DNA of 64,000 nucleotides from Schizosaccharomyces osmophilus. Lineage: Eukaryota. Numbering within the stretch: the stretch's first letter is position 1; each line of letters opens with the position of its first letter. Position numbers and translations under genes: made by a program. Below are positions 23,748-35,713 of the stretch, piece by piece. Under the pieces are notes generated by a model, which did not search any database, was not told the DNA's origin, and was given only the letters and a program-made list of their open reading frames with translations. The DNA is taken from the NCBI RefSeq assembly GCF_027921745.1, contig NC_079238.1, forward strand, positions 3,038,001-3,102,000, read 5' to 3'.

Positions 23748-24293
23748 AGTATTGTTTAGAATCCACACTTCTCCATTGCTTGCTCTTTTGATAGAAAGCA
23801 CTTGTACTGAATCATTTAGGTAAAGAATATCTTTTTGTTTAATGACATTTATGGTTGATCCACTTAATGACTTACATTCTCCATTACCATGAGAAGGATT
23901 CACAGAGACAAAGTGGGATTTAATGAAATGATGCAAATTTCCTTGAGCTTGTTCTTCAGTGATGTGAACTGGCTCAGAAGGCATCTCAAACTTAGCTTCC
24001 AATGTATCCAATTTCCATGGCTTTACTTTCAAATTTTGAAATGCCAAATCCGTGGGTACCAAAACCGTAGTATGTTCATCACTACTTTTAAGTCTTTCAA
24101 CAAGCTCAGGAAATTGCATAAGAATGTCTGAAAAAATATTGCAATCCCTTGAACCAGCTAGTAGCTCAAATAAACGAGGTTGGTGAGTAGCTTGCATTTG
24201 GAAAGGCTTTTGATGAAACGAAACAGCGGTTGCGATATGTATAAACGTAGACAAGAAGAACACTTTAAAGATAAAGTAGGACAATAATTTCAT
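23715..24293 (-). CDS. mug57: Secreted fasciclin (FAS1) domain protein, Mug57-like
   Basis: Signal peptide MKLLSYFIFKVFFLSTFIHIATA; FAS1 H1 motif TVLVPTDLAF and H2-like ASNGEVWILNNTL. Confidence 0.85.
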   Translation of the reverse strand: MKLLSYFIFKVFFLSTFIHIATAVSFHQKPFQMQATHQPRLFELLAGSRDCNIFSDILMQFPELVERLKSSDEHTTVLVPTDLAFQNLKVKPWKLDTLEAKFEMPSEPVHITEEQAQGNLHHFIKSHFVSVNPSHGNGECKSLSGSTINVIKQKDILYLNDSVQVLSIKRASNGEVWILNNTLSAPSVRKQV

Positions 24294-25112
24294 GCTAGGA
24301 TCGTGTAGTTTTATAACGAAACAAAAGGCAATATATTATCGCTATAGCTTATTAATGGGGAATTGATAAATCCACTGAGAAGAAACCGTCTCAAAAGGTT
24401 GCTAATTGCTTAAGAAAAACAATTGTCCGAATATACAGTAGCTGAATGAAAAACTGTTTCGATAAAGATAGATGAAACAATTATGAATAAAAAACAGCAG
24501 TTGTAATGAAGCTTACTTTAGAGAATTTGACTAAAGAAAATTAAAGTAAAGATTTGTTGAAGTGACGATTACAAGAAGCGTTATTGACCATTATATTATA
24601 TTGGAGATATACTATGATTAACAGCAGCCTGTGTCCGATGTTTTCTAGAGGAAATTTCTTTTTAATTGATTCTATTAATTCTTTATCTTATGTGGTTTCA
24701 GTGTTATATTAAAAGGCTTACCAAACACCTTCTTACTCGAGATTCACCACAAACATTAGGTATTTTGCCAGAATAATCCAAAAATAAAGAGGAATCTAAG
24801 AATATATTATCGAATTCACTGCCGATTGAAAATCCTTTCGGAAAAGTATCTTTAAGCGTCAGTGATCGAAGTTAGAACGTCGTGACCTAAACCATATATT
24901 GAGCCAGTATTCAGGTTTCGCGTTTTCACTGCATCTTTTGTAAGAAATACCGTTTACGAAAGAGTTCGATAAAAATAAAATTGGCGTTGGAAACCTTCAG
25001 AGCCTACTTATTGAGGAACAACTTCTGTTTCGTCAAAGTAAAAAATAATTGACTACTGGCAAGTGAGGTACCTGAAAGACAAGTAAAAGAGGAAAAGAAT
25101 TACAATGTTTGA

Positions 25113-28100
25113 ATGATGGAACTATCTCCAAAGGATGATATTACTGATGTATTGAATAATGGACCGTCGCAATCAGCGGATCCTTCTTTATGGGCAATAT
25201 TCGGACAACACTCGATGGAAGATTCAAGTGAAAGACGAAATGTTGGTTCTGAAGTAGATAATAGTATTTTTGACCTTAGCCAGTTAAATGAACATCAATT
25301 GGCCTCCTCCGTACCCAACCCCATGGGCTTGTCGAGCCATGATGGTCTAATAGCCAAAAATCTTGAAGGAGCAGATTCCTCTGGTAAGCAAGACGCATCT
25401 CTGCTTAGCCAGCATATGCTAAACGCCGAAACGGGGCCCAAAACCATGGAGGCGAAAGGTCGAAAATCCATGAATGGCATTCGTAAAGGTAAACGCATTT
25501 CTGCTACTGCAAATTCTCTTGAACGTAATGGGACACAATTTGTCTCAAATGAGGCTCCAATCGCCGTGAAGTCTAGCATTCCTGCGCTTCCAAGGACTAC
25601 CTACGAAAGACTCTGTTACGAGTCAGCAATTGCCAGTGGATTATCTCCTAATTCTCTCTCAAACGATGAAGTAGAGTTACTTTCCGAAATTTTAGATAAT
25701 CCATCTTGGCTGTCTCTTTATCTAAAAATACGCAATGGCATATGCTATCTTTGGCATAGAAATCCGACACTATTTGTATCCTTTAATGAAGCTTTGGGTA
25801 TTGTTCGAGACAAGATGGCATTTCCTCTGGCATCCTTGGCTTTTGAGTTTTTAACGCGAAACGGTTATATTAATTATGGGTCACTGGATATTGCTCATAA
25901 TGTACAACCAGGAGAAAATCTTCCTCAAAAAACAGTAGCTATTGTTGGAGCTGGTATGGCTGGGATAAGTTGCGCACGCCAATTGGCAAATTTATTCGCG
26001 CAATACGAACAAGACTTTGCATCACGAGGCGAAAAGCCGCCCCAATTGATTCTTTACGAGGCGTCAAGTCGTTTAGGAGGTCATGTTTTTTCCCATGGAA
26101 TATCTTTGCATGAATTGTTAAGTGAAGAAGAACAGATCGGACTCCAAACAGATGCACTACAAACATGCATGGTGAATTTGTCTTCTGATTTTCTCTATGG
26201 CTGTCCGTTTTTAGAAAATGATCCTTTACACATTATTGTCTCGCAGCAACTTTCATTAGAGGAAGTTGTACGCCAGAAGCAGAATCTCGCTTTATATGAT
26301 TCGGGAGCAGGTCGGATAGATCAAAGGCATATAGACAGAATTTTACTGTTATTTCGCTCTCTACTTGATTATTTCTTTTCAATGAAGAACGATCAGCTTT
26401 TGAATATAGTGTCTTCTCCCAAACAAAAGTTTATTCTCACTTTACAGAATTTGGATTGGCATTTAGTTGGTGATGTCCCCTTGTCTTGTCACGACTCGTT
26501 AAAAAGCTTTTTAGAGGATTCCTTCAGAAATCTCAATCATTTACTGCACTTTTCCATTGCAGAAACCAGAGTTTTTGAGTGGTGCGTTGAGTACCTAAAA
26601 CAAACGACTTGCGTGCCGTTAGAATTAATAAAACCGACATCTTTCAATTCTGTTAGCTTTCCTTTCGGTGAAACTGTTCCCTCGTATGCAATAAAAAATG
26701 GCATGTCAACTTTAATAGAAGCGCTAGCTACGACTCCTAGTCCTTTACCTGTTATATTTGATCATACTGTCCAGTCAGTCAATTTACATGATCAGAAAGC
26801 TCACCTCTCATTTACAAATGACACATCTGTAACTGTTGATAAGGTGGTGATGTGTCTACCTATCGATAAATATCGAAATTCTACCGTTTCATTTGGACCA
26901 GCAATATCAGAGCATAAAATCAATGCTTTGAATAAGTGCTATATGCCAAATCGTAAAAAAGTGGTTTTCCTGTTTAAAACCCAGTTTTGGGAACTTAACA
27001 GTAGTATTTTTGGGTCTTTGACTTCTAGTAAGAAAAACTATATTTTTAACGATTGTTCAGACATATATGGATTCCCATCATTAAGCGTGTATGTGGATAT
27101 TGGTGCAAATCAACGGATTGTTGGTAGAGACATCGTCCATGATATTCTTTTAGAACTTGGCAATATTTTTAAGCTGGAGAATTTGCAACCATTGAGGACT
27201 GTTATAACCAACTGGGAAAGTAATGTATTTTTGAATCACTCTTCTTATGCTATCTCGCCTGAAGCATCGTCAGAAGATTATTCTATATTGAGAGAGAGTA
27301 TGGGCGATATTGTATATTTTGCCAGCGAAGCGTTGTCAAAAGAGCATTCTGGAACTTTACGAGGGGCTTTTCAGTCTGGTCTACTGGCTGCTAAAGATAT
27401 TCTTAGCTCTTTAATCGGAGATGTTGCCGTTCCTAATACTTTAATAGTGGAAGAAAAACTTGACGGTTCCGAATCTAGCCGTAAACGACCAGCAGGACAG
27501 GTGTATGACACTAGAAGGGAAGATAATGATGATGATAAAGCCCTCAATTATTACCACGATTACCTTAGATTAAGGAAGCAGAGGCTTGAAAAAGAAGAGC
27601 AAGAATGCGAGCTTTTAATAGCTGAGCTGCTTGGCACTCGCCCCACTGCCCCTACCAGACCAAGTGCCAATCCATACTTAATATACCAAAAAACTCAATG
27701 GCATGTGTGCAGAGCTCTGGCAGATCAGGAAAAGCAAAGAAGTACCGGCGACCATGAAGCACGTGCTACTAAAAATGAAATCAGGGCAAAGCTTGGGAAG
27801 ACTTGGAGAGCTCTCGATGATTTAGGAAAACAACCATGGGTTGATGAAGTTACTGCTAGGAGAGCGAATTATTCCAGTCGTTTGGAAGAGTATCAAAGAC
27901 AAATAAATGCCTATAATGTTCGCGCTGCCCAAATTCGTGATGAACATCTTCGCAAGTGTGAATCTCAGCCTCTTCCCGAGGAAGAAGCAAGGTTAAAGAT
28001 TCTTTCACAAGAAGAAGATGAGCGTGCCCAAAAGCGTCGACTTTTAGAAAATACAACATTGAACGATAGTGACGAGGAATATCGAGAAGATATGGATTAT

Positions 28101-28142
28101 GAAGAACAATTTGATGATAATTTTTCTGATACGTTCACATAA
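25113..28142 (+). CDS. lsd1: Histone demethylase Lsd1 (SWIRM, FAD amine oxidase, HMG box)
   Basis: SWIRM motif AFEFLTRNGYINYG; VGAGMAG..EASSRLGG; NRKKVVFLF catalytic-lysine region; YFASEA..GTLRGAFQSG; C-terminal HMG-like PTRPSANPY..LGKTWRAL. Confidence 0.93.
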   Translation: MMELSPKDDITDVLNNGPSQSADPSLWAIFGQHSMEDSSERRNVGSEVDNSIFDLSQLNEHQLASSVPNPMGLSSHDGLIAKNLEGADSSGKQDASLLSQHMLNAETGPKTMEAKGRKSMNGIRKGKRISATANSLERNGTQFVSNEAPIAVKSSIPALPRTTYERLCYESAIASGLSPNSLSNDEVELLSEILDNPSWLSLYLKIRNGICYLWHRNPTLFVSFNEALGIVRDKMAFPLASLAFEFLTRNGYINYGSLDIAHNVQPGENLPQKTVAIVGAGMAGISCARQLANLFAQYEQDFASRGEKPPQLILYEASSRLGGHVFSHGISLHELLSEEEQIGLQTDALQTCMVNLSSDFLYGCPFLENDPLHIIVSQQLSLEEVVRQKQNLALYDSGAGRIDQRHIDRILLLFRSLLDYFFSMKNDQLLNIVSSPKQKFILTLQNLDWHLVGDVPLSCHDSLKSFLEDSFRNLNHLLHFSIAETRVFEWCVEYLKQTTCVPLELIKPTSFNSVSFPFGETVPSYAIKNGMSTLIEALATTPSPLPVIFDHTVQSVNLHDQKAHLSFTNDTSVTVDKVVMCLPIDKYRNSTVSFGPAISEHKINALNKCYMPNRKKVVFLFKTQFWELNSSIFGSLTSSKKNYIFNDCSDIYGFPSLSVYVDIGANQRIVGRDIVHDILLELGNIFKLENLQPLRTVITNWESNVFLNHSSYAISPEASSEDYSILRESMGDIVYFASEALSKEHSGTLRGAFQSGLLAAKDILSSLIGDVAVPNTLIVEEKLDGSESSRKRPAGQVYDTRREDNDDDKALNYYHDYLRLRKQRLEKEEQECELLIAELLGTRPTAPTRPSANPYLIYQKTQWHVCRALADQEKQRSTGDHEARATKNEIRAKLGKTWRALDDLGKQPWVDEVTARRANYSSRLEEYQRQINAYNVRAAQIRDEHLRKCESQPLPEEEARLKILSQEEDERAQKRRLLENTTLNDSDEEYREDMDYEEQFDDNFSDTFT

Positions 28143-28427
28143 CTACATTAGTCAATTAAAAAATATACGCATGGGTTTCTGGTGCAAGATATTTTTGAAA
28201 AAAAGACGATCGAAATTTATCTACAAAAAAATTTAATTAATGTTTATATCCCATCCTTGTGTAGAAAAGAATTTTTTTTTTTTTTTTTTTTTTTTTATAT
28301 ATTTTGTTTTTGTTTGATATTCCTAAGTAAACTTAATGTTTTATCGAGGTCACTACACAGTACTGGGCATAAAACCAAATTAACTAAAAATAGTCACCCT
28401 AATAGAAGTACATTACAAAAATTAGAA

Positions 28428-28848
28428 ATGTCAAAGAAAGCTTTGTCCCAGTTATCGTTTGACCCTCCTGAATCCTTGGACAAGGATCAAGTCGTTGCTA
28501 AAGTACTGCAACTTAGGGGTTCAGCATTATTCACTGTTTGTGAACCCAATGGAAACGAATTACTCGTTGAAATACCTGCAAAATATCGGAGCAAAGCATG
28601 GATTAAACGGGGTGGATATGTTGTAGTGGACAAGTCTGAATTTACTGATCAGCAAAACAAAATCGATGGTTCTATTGTATACGTGGTTCAGCACCCGTTA
28701 AAGAATTGGGAGAAGCAATCTTACTGGTAAGTTTTATTGATACCTACACAAATATCTAACAACTGCTAGGCCTAAAGAGTTTGTCAATAATACCGCTGCA
28801 GAGATCGATGAAAGTAGCAGTAGTGAAAGTGCCGAGGAGAGTGATTGA
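28428..28848 (+). CDS. tif1102: eIF1A-domain (EIF1AD-like) OB-fold protein, 2 exons (28428-28726, 28770-28848)
   Basis: VAKVLQLRGSALFTV..LVEIPAKYRSKAWIKRGGYVVVD; intron GTAAGT..CTAAC..TAG gives YWPKEF...EESD*. Confidence 0.88.
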
Positions 28849-29040
28849 TACGTTTATTTCTTGGACAAAAACTTATTTTATTAACCTTACCATATAGTTA
28901 TTTTGGTTGCTTAATAGAACTGAAATACACACTCCAGAATCTAAAATCATAACTTATAGTACTACCAATAGCATTTGACTCATAAATGATTCCATCAGTA
29001 ACTTCTCTTATCGTAAAGGAATTATAGATTACTTAAATAG

Positions 29041-30669
29041 TTACCAAGCGTTTGCTTTATAGCAATCCTAAACGTGTTAATAATTTGCCTGACCAATAAC
29101 CGTATAAACTTACCTCCCCATAAAAGGCAAGGACAATGGTTCTATCATCAAATTTAAAACCTCGCATTTCTTGCATGGCAGCTTCCGCCGATTCAATATC
29201 AGCAAATCTGACGTACACTTTTCCAATGCCGAGGGAAGGAGTGTCAGAAAAACCTTTTTGCTGGGGAATCTTAATGTCTAAGATTTTTCCAAATTGGGAT
29301 AATTGAGTACCAACAGCTTCTTGAATTTCTAAAACTAAGTTAATAGATAATATTCAAAATCTTTGCACTTACCTTCGCATTCTCGAGGATCAGTAGCTTC
29401 GTTCTCCGTTACCACATTATGAATTTGTAACACAGGTGTGGCCTGGATTCTGGGTTCACTTTTAGCTAATTCTGTTAAAGCAACCATTCCTACATTAGAT
29501 TCGGGTATCTTTTGGTTTAAACCCACGCAGGAAAAGCCAACGCTAATTTTTTTGTCGTTAAATTCCATCCCGTCCAAATTTTGGATTGCCTTTCCTGTAT
29601 TCTCAGGGTCGCTGTATTCACAAAATCCAAAACCCTTAGAGGATTCGTCTGCAACATTTTTTATCAATTGGAAGCTCAATAACTCTCCAAACGGTTTAAA
29701 TAGCTCGATTACACTTTGTTCGTTTAAGTTAGAAGGGAAGTTGGTAAAATAGACTTTATCCTTGGAATCCAATACTTCATTTTGCGTAAAGTCCAAGCTT
29801 CTTTGATTTGCAGTCTCATGTGTAATTTGTGGAACAATATAGTTTTTAATCCTGTTAAAAGTTATTGATATATCAGGAGCATATTGGGCGGTATGTAAGC
29901 CCCATAAAAATGTAGCGTCTTCTGGTTTTGACAATTCTAAAATTGCATAATTATCCTCTTTGCAAAAATAAGCATTCGAAAAATGACGTGTTTCTGGCTT
30001 ATGGTATGTTGTGGATATAAACAAATCTTCAATAAATGGCTTGAACGTATTTATGTCAAAATCTGATGGAAGATTGGAAACAACTAATCTTCGAGCTTGA
30101 CGACTAGCACCAGGTTGCAAGGGAGGAGGTGGTGCCATGATACTTCCTGCCGCCGATCGAGCAAACTCAAGAAGCTTTTCAGGATCACTATTAGCAGTAC
30201 GAGGTGCACCAGGAAGAGGAAATAAACCAGACATTTTAGCTTGGTCAGCAGTTACTAACTCATAGCCTGGGGGCTTGATATCCCATTGAGAATTTTGACG
30301 AACCCATTCGTTAATTGGCTTCACATCCCTAAGCTGCTCTAACTCGCGTTCTATAGACTGCAGATTACGGGATCTACTTGCTGGCGGGCTCACGCTTTTG
30401 CGTCTAGACGATTGTCTTGAAGAATAGTAATCGTGGTCATCATAACGTCTTCTCTTTGGTCGTTCGTCGTCTCTGGGGCTTCTCTCTCTATACTCTCTAG
30501 GTCGTCGATAATCATGGTCATCTCTGTGACGGCGTCGATAATCATCTCGATAATGACTTCGTTCTGTGTCACGAGAGGAATATCTATCCATGCGCCCAAC
30601 ACTTTCATCTCGAGGATCGCGACTCCTTCTCAAAGAGCGAGATTCTGAAATCCTAGATGATAAGTCCAT
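29041..30669 (-). CDS. prp2: U2AF large subunit (U2AF59), 3 exons (30669-29373, 29328-29114, 29067-29041)
   Basis: RS-rich N-terminus, ULM-like WDIKPPGYE, RRM with SKGFGFCEY, UHM GIGKVYVRF..FDDRTIVLAFYGEDCYKANAW* after two GTAAGT introns. Confidence 0.96.
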
Positions 30670-31373
30670 TTTAGTGACTCTATATACAAACGAACAGTTC
30701 GCAAAACCTAATCAAGCTTGCGGATGATTTAAAGTAAGTAAAAATCAAGAAAATTACTAGCTAGTGGGGAATATTCGTTGCCTTTGCAGTCAGTTATAAA
30801 TATAACTTGAACAGCATGTAAAATCACAATAGAATGCAAGAATTAGTAAAATAATTGGTTTTTTTATATCACTAATGAAGTTTGTGCCAAAACCTATTCT
30901 CTTATATGGATTTTATAGAGACGGTGGAGGTGACCTTTGGGAATCAAATGTCAACCGGTTACTGCACAAGATCAAAATTACTGACTTCGGTTTGAATTTT
31001 ATACAATTGTTTAGTTTTAAAACTAAAAAAAAAGGAAAGTAAAAATATACTCACTTCTTACTTCGACATGTTTGAAGTGTCGGTCAAGTATAACTTTAGC
31101 GTTTTATGAAAAAAAAATTTCTGGTTCTATCGCGTCTAGTAGTTGTATCAGCAGGCCTTTTTGTTATACTAAAAGTATTTAACAAATATCTCGGTTTACA
31201 CAAGGATGCATAATTTTTACAACCGATTCGAATTATATGTAGAATTAGCTTTAAGTGAATTCTTCTAATTTTCAATTTGGTTTTGTTTATGGGTTTGATG
31301 CAGACTGTAGTAACGGTAATACCGCTGTCTACTCCTTTAATATTGAAAGCTCTTCCTTTTATAAACGAAAAAA

Positions 31374-33470
31374 ATGAAGCGCTATTTTCAGGAGGCATTA
31401 GGAGATGAATTTTCAAGCGGTGAATACCCAGCTAATGAAAATCAATATTATCCTAAAGACTCTATGAGTTTGGCAATTGATCGTCCAAAAAAACAATTCA
31501 AGGCCAGCTCAACTGAAAGCTCAATGTACTTGTTGGGGTTCAAACAAATACTTTCTACAGTTCTCGGCCATGAGTCTCACCTCTTAGCTCAAGAAGAGCT
31601 ATCCGTAATTGATAAATTCAAGATTCTGTCATGCGACGAGCAATATCTCTTTGTTCGTCTTTTCATGAGAAAGCGCGATAAATGGTTTCGAGTTGCACAG
31701 CTCAATTATCCAGATTGCCAGAATATAGCAGAATCTTGTGCAGGTCTTAGAAAATCGGGGTTTTTTGTTGATGACAATTCAATAAGCATTGAGGAATTAT
31801 TGGAAATCATGACTTCAGAGGAGCTGCGAACGGTAGCTCGTTCCAGTAAAATAAAAGGAAAGTCGAGGAAAGAAGTCATTGACTCAATTATCTGTTTGTC
31901 GAGAAAACAATCTGTGCTCCATACTGATGGTCAATTGTTTCTTTCCTTCAATGGAATAGGAAACTTGAATAATCAGACGAAGCAGCTCAAAAAGCAGATT
32001 TTATATTACAGCGGATCATGTGTAAAACCGGAAAAGAGTGTCGTTGAGCTTTTCCATCGGATACACGTAGTATACTTTCGTTCCACGATGTATGATGAAC
32101 ATTCTCTAACTTCTTTGATCCTAGTTCGAATTAACAAAACGGTATATCCGAGTTATCAAATATCTCGAACCTCAAATGTCTTCGAATCTAGGTCAGTTTT
32201 GATGGAATATGTAGATGCGCTAGAGCTTTGTAAAAAAGTTTTACCATTATTTGAAGGTCCTATGTTGTCAAACGAAGAAGCTTTTGGAACTGCCCTTGAT
32301 CTTTTTTTTAATATTTACCCAAAATGGCTGTCTTACATCAATTGTGATATGCTAAAGTTTGCAAATGCTTTTGAGGAAGATAAGCAACATTTGTACAGCT
32401 TTATTTTTTCTTATCGTCCAGGGGCTGTTTATACTTATTTAATTCATAAAGGTACAAACATTTTAGGAAAACTACGTTTAGTTGATCTTGAAATCGAAGT
32501 CCTTGATACTCTACTTGCTCAAAACATGTACTTAATTGGTAAAAGGGGGTTTTGGTACAATAGGAAAGCACTTTTGGAAGGAAATTACAGAACTACAGAA
32601 GTAAGTATGCTACGCACTTGGCGACATCGAGCTCTCTGTACCTGTACACATGGCGTTGAGGACAAAAATACGCACATGAAATATCAGTTTGTTCTTCAGA
32701 GAAGACTTTCGCGACTCGAAAAAGTATTAATGGTACCCGAAAAGGATAGGCGTGATTTTTCTTATAACTTTCAAAACAAACCTTCAAATATTACAATATA
32801 TGGTAAAAGAAAGGACTTGAAGGATAAAAGTCAACAAAGAACGCTTTGGCTTACTTCAAAGGGAGATGTACTGACAGTCGAACAGTTTGCTGCCGAGTAC
32901 TATACATCTCTTGGTTGGTCTACTGTTCACTCTGAAAGCGGAATTTTCCTGACTTTGTTTGCTTTGGTTTTTTGGGATATTATTTTTATGGACATTCCTG
33001 GTGTTTTCCAATCCGCGTTTCAGTCAGCACCTTTGGATTTATCCACGGATTTGTTTTTTTCGGCACGGGAATTCGCAATTCGTGAAAGACTTGCAGAAGT
33101 TGAATGCGGCTACACTGGACAATATGTCAAGGATGTTTATACTCGTGAGTCGGAAAGTCAGCCAGTATGCATAGGGTTGCAATGGGTTTATTCGCTTGAG
33201 ATGCTGCTTTCTGTAACACACTGTATACCTGGTAAAGGCCTAGCTTCTATCTTCCATGCCATGGCCCAAGACTATAAAAATGCTTCCAGTGGTATGCCAG
33301 ATTTATGCCTTTGGAATTCTAATACAAAAAATTTTCTACTATCGGAAGTCAAGAGTGATAACGACAGATTGTCCGAGCCCCAAAAGTTTTGGATTGATTT
33401 ATTGTTGAGTGCAAGCTTACCCGTAGAAGTATGTCATGTGCTCACAGATACAGACAAAATTTCTTTGTAA
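31374..33470 (+). CDS. fan1: Fanconi-associated nuclease 1 (VRR-NUC)
   Basis: LFVRLFMRK..WFRV, HSESGIFLTLF..FWDIIF..FQSAPLDL, and PD-(D/E)xK core GMPDL..SEVKSDNDRLSEPQKFW..VEVCHV. Confidence 0.95.
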   Translation: MKRYFQEALGDEFSSGEYPANENQYYPKDSMSLAIDRPKKQFKASSTESSMYLLGFKQILSTVLGHESHLLAQEELSVIDKFKILSCDEQYLFVRLFMRKRDKWFRVAQLNYPDCQNIAESCAGLRKSGFFVDDNSISIEELLEIMTSEELRTVARSSKIKGKSRKEVIDSIICLSRKQSVLHTDGQLFLSFNGIGNLNNQTKQLKKQILYYSGSCVKPEKSVVELFHRIHVVYFRSTMYDEHSLTSLILVRINKTVYPSYQISRTSNVFESRSVLMEYVDALELCKKVLPLFEGPMLSNEEAFGTALDLFFNIYPKWLSYINCDMLKFANAFEEDKQHLYSFIFSYRPGAVYTYLIHKGTNILGKLRLVDLEIEVLDTLLAQNMYLIGKRGFWYNRKALLEGNYRTTEVSMLRTWRHRALCTCTHGVEDKNTHMKYQFVLQRRLSRLEKVLMVPEKDRRDFSYNFQNKPSNITIYGKRKDLKDKSQQRTLWLTSKGDVLTVEQFAAEYYTSLGWSTVHSESGIFLTLFALVFWDIIFMDIPGVFQSAFQSAPLDLSTDLFFSAREFAIRERLAEVECGYTGQYVKDVYTRESESQPVCIGLQWVYSLEMLLSVTHCIPGKGLASIFHAMAQDYKNASSGMPDLCLWNSNTKNFLLSEVKSDNDRLSEPQKFWIDLLLSASLPVEVCHVLTDTDKISL

Positions 33471-34395
33471 TTATGAAGCATCTCAACATTCTGACTGGGG
33501 GGATCACACAAATCTGGATGGGATTTTTCGTTGAGCTTTGGATATTTTCTTTCTTTATTTATGACTAACAGATCTTTTCACGTTTTATAGTTCTTTGCAT
33601 TAATCCCACGAGCTTTACTGATTTTGAAAGGAGCAGTTTTTATTTCCCCCTCCCATTGGAAAACCGGTCTATAGCTATTGCTACATTTCCTTAAATAGAG
33701 TATCCTGGTCATCGATTTTCTGGCATGAAATCTCAAAAAATATCCTTTTGTTTTCTAATACCCACCCAAGACAAACAACTTTGATTTATGGAATTGGAGA
33801 GGGAGTCATCTCTTTTCATCTTGTATTTTTAGTTATATTACTTTCTTTAAAGTTTAATTATTTACAGCAAATCTTTATCGTGATTTGCTTATTCAAATCA
33901 TGCACAAGCTAGTAAACAAACTTGTTCTTAACTAAGTAAGGATTTTTCTGTTTTAAGGATTCATTCAATGCTTTCATACAAACTTTTGCCAGTAAAATAA
34001 GTTAAATAACATTTCTCAAGTATGTATCGCTGCTCTATTGAGTTTTAATGCCTTCTATAAGACTTGCTTCCGTATTCCTTGAAGGCTTGCTTCTTTTTGA
34101 GTATAGGAGAGCGGTGTGCTGTGTCTAAGATTTGCCCCTAAAAGACTCTGTGGGGGGTCATGAAGGTAAAGTGATATACCCTAAAATAAGAATGGCGAAT
34201 ATTGAAGACGGTAATCTACTTTAGGTATTCGAAGGAGCCACTAAGTTGAAATGGGATAGTACTTGTAATTACAACTTCCCCAAACACATCTTGTATCCAC
34301 AATAATCTGTACTTTCAAAGTTATATTATTTATTTTTATTTTTGATTTATCACATTGTACTTTCTGAGAAAGCAAACTAAAAGAACAATTGCAAA

Positions 34396-35541
34396 ATGGG
34401 AGGCGGTGACTTAAATATGAAAAAGAGTTGGTACGTATAAACATAAATATATCGAAAAGGAATAAAAACTAACTGGTTTAGGCACCCTCTTTTAATGAGA
34501 AATCAAGAGAGGGTGTGGAAAGAAGAACAAACACACAAGGAAGAGCTGAAAAGAGTCGAGCAATTACGAAGAGAAATTGAAGAGGAACGACAACTTTTGG
34601 AGCTCCAGAGATTACAGGAAGCAGCAGGAGGAAAAAAGAGAAAAGATCGAGTGGAATGGATGTATGCAGTTCCCACAGCAGAAGGAGCGAAACGAGACGC
34701 TTCAGAAATGGAAGAATATTTACTTGGTAAACGGCGATTGGACGACCTTTTAAGTGATAAAGTGGAAGATCAGAAAAATTCTCTTAATAAAACTGAATTT
34801 ATTTCTTTACAGAATGCCAATTCCGTTCAAGATATCCAATCCAAAGTTCGACTGGACCCTCTTTTGGCTATAAAGCAACAAGAGCAAAAGCAAATGCATG
34901 TACTAGCAGAGAAGAGAAAAAGAAAATTAGAAGAAGATGAAAGGAGGAAAAAGGAGTTGGACCATCGTAGTCGACATCTTAACTCACGAGAAAAGAGTTA
35001 CGACAGACATGGCCGCTATAATGACTCTCGGCGATACAATACTTCAAGAAACATTTCGAGGACAGAAAGATATCCACGGAAAGAATATGGGGATCGACAT
35101 TATGGCGATAGAAGGTATGTTGACGATCGAGATGATGAAGAAATGCGTCTGTACCAAGACAGACGAAGACACGGGAACGAAAAAAGGTACCACACAAGAC
35201 GACATTCTTCAAGGTCACCTTCACCACAACGACGAAGCTCCCATAGGTCACGTGCTGATGCCGGTGGATCCTCAACAGAAGATACTCGTGAGCGTCGATT
35301 ACGAGAAATGCAAAACAATGCTCAGAGTTTAGAACAAAACAGGGTTGAAAAACTTCATAAATTAGAACAAGAGGAATTGACCGAAACCGCCAAAAACGAA
35401 CAGGAAAGATCTAGCACCGCTAGGAAATGGAATAATCAAGGAGATTTCCTTCGTGAAATGAAAAGAGAAGTATATTCTGGTGATGCGGTAAATCTAGCCG
35501 ACCGCGTTAGCAGTATGCGGCATACTGCTCTTAAGCAATAA
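34396..35541 (+). CDS. cwf25: Step-1 splicing factor Cwf25/Cwc25, 2 exons (34396-34430, 34482-35541)
   Basis: Spliced N-terminus [38 protein letters not shown] and DPL motifs; intron GTACGT..CTAAC..TAG. Confidence 0.96.
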
Positions 35542-35713
35542 ACAATAATTATTGAATGTTACATTAGATGACCGTTTAAAAAATAAAATTATTTACATAT
35601 TAAAAAGGGAGAAATTAAATTACAAATAGCAAGTTGCAGAACTTGCGACCCAGCCATTACTGCTTTCCAAACATAAACGACCGGATTTAGTGACAAAAAA
35701 AAAGGTCTCAGTT

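Noticed and set aside
28182..28427. Phe-rich N-terminal extension of the eIF1A-like ORF
   Set aside because: GTG start running through a poly-T tract in the lsd1 3' region; the true start is ATG 28428.
33467..33590. Intron-like GTAATT..CTAAC..TAG spanning the fan1 stop codon
   Set aside because: Weak donor and long branch-to-AG distance; it would only change the last few residues.
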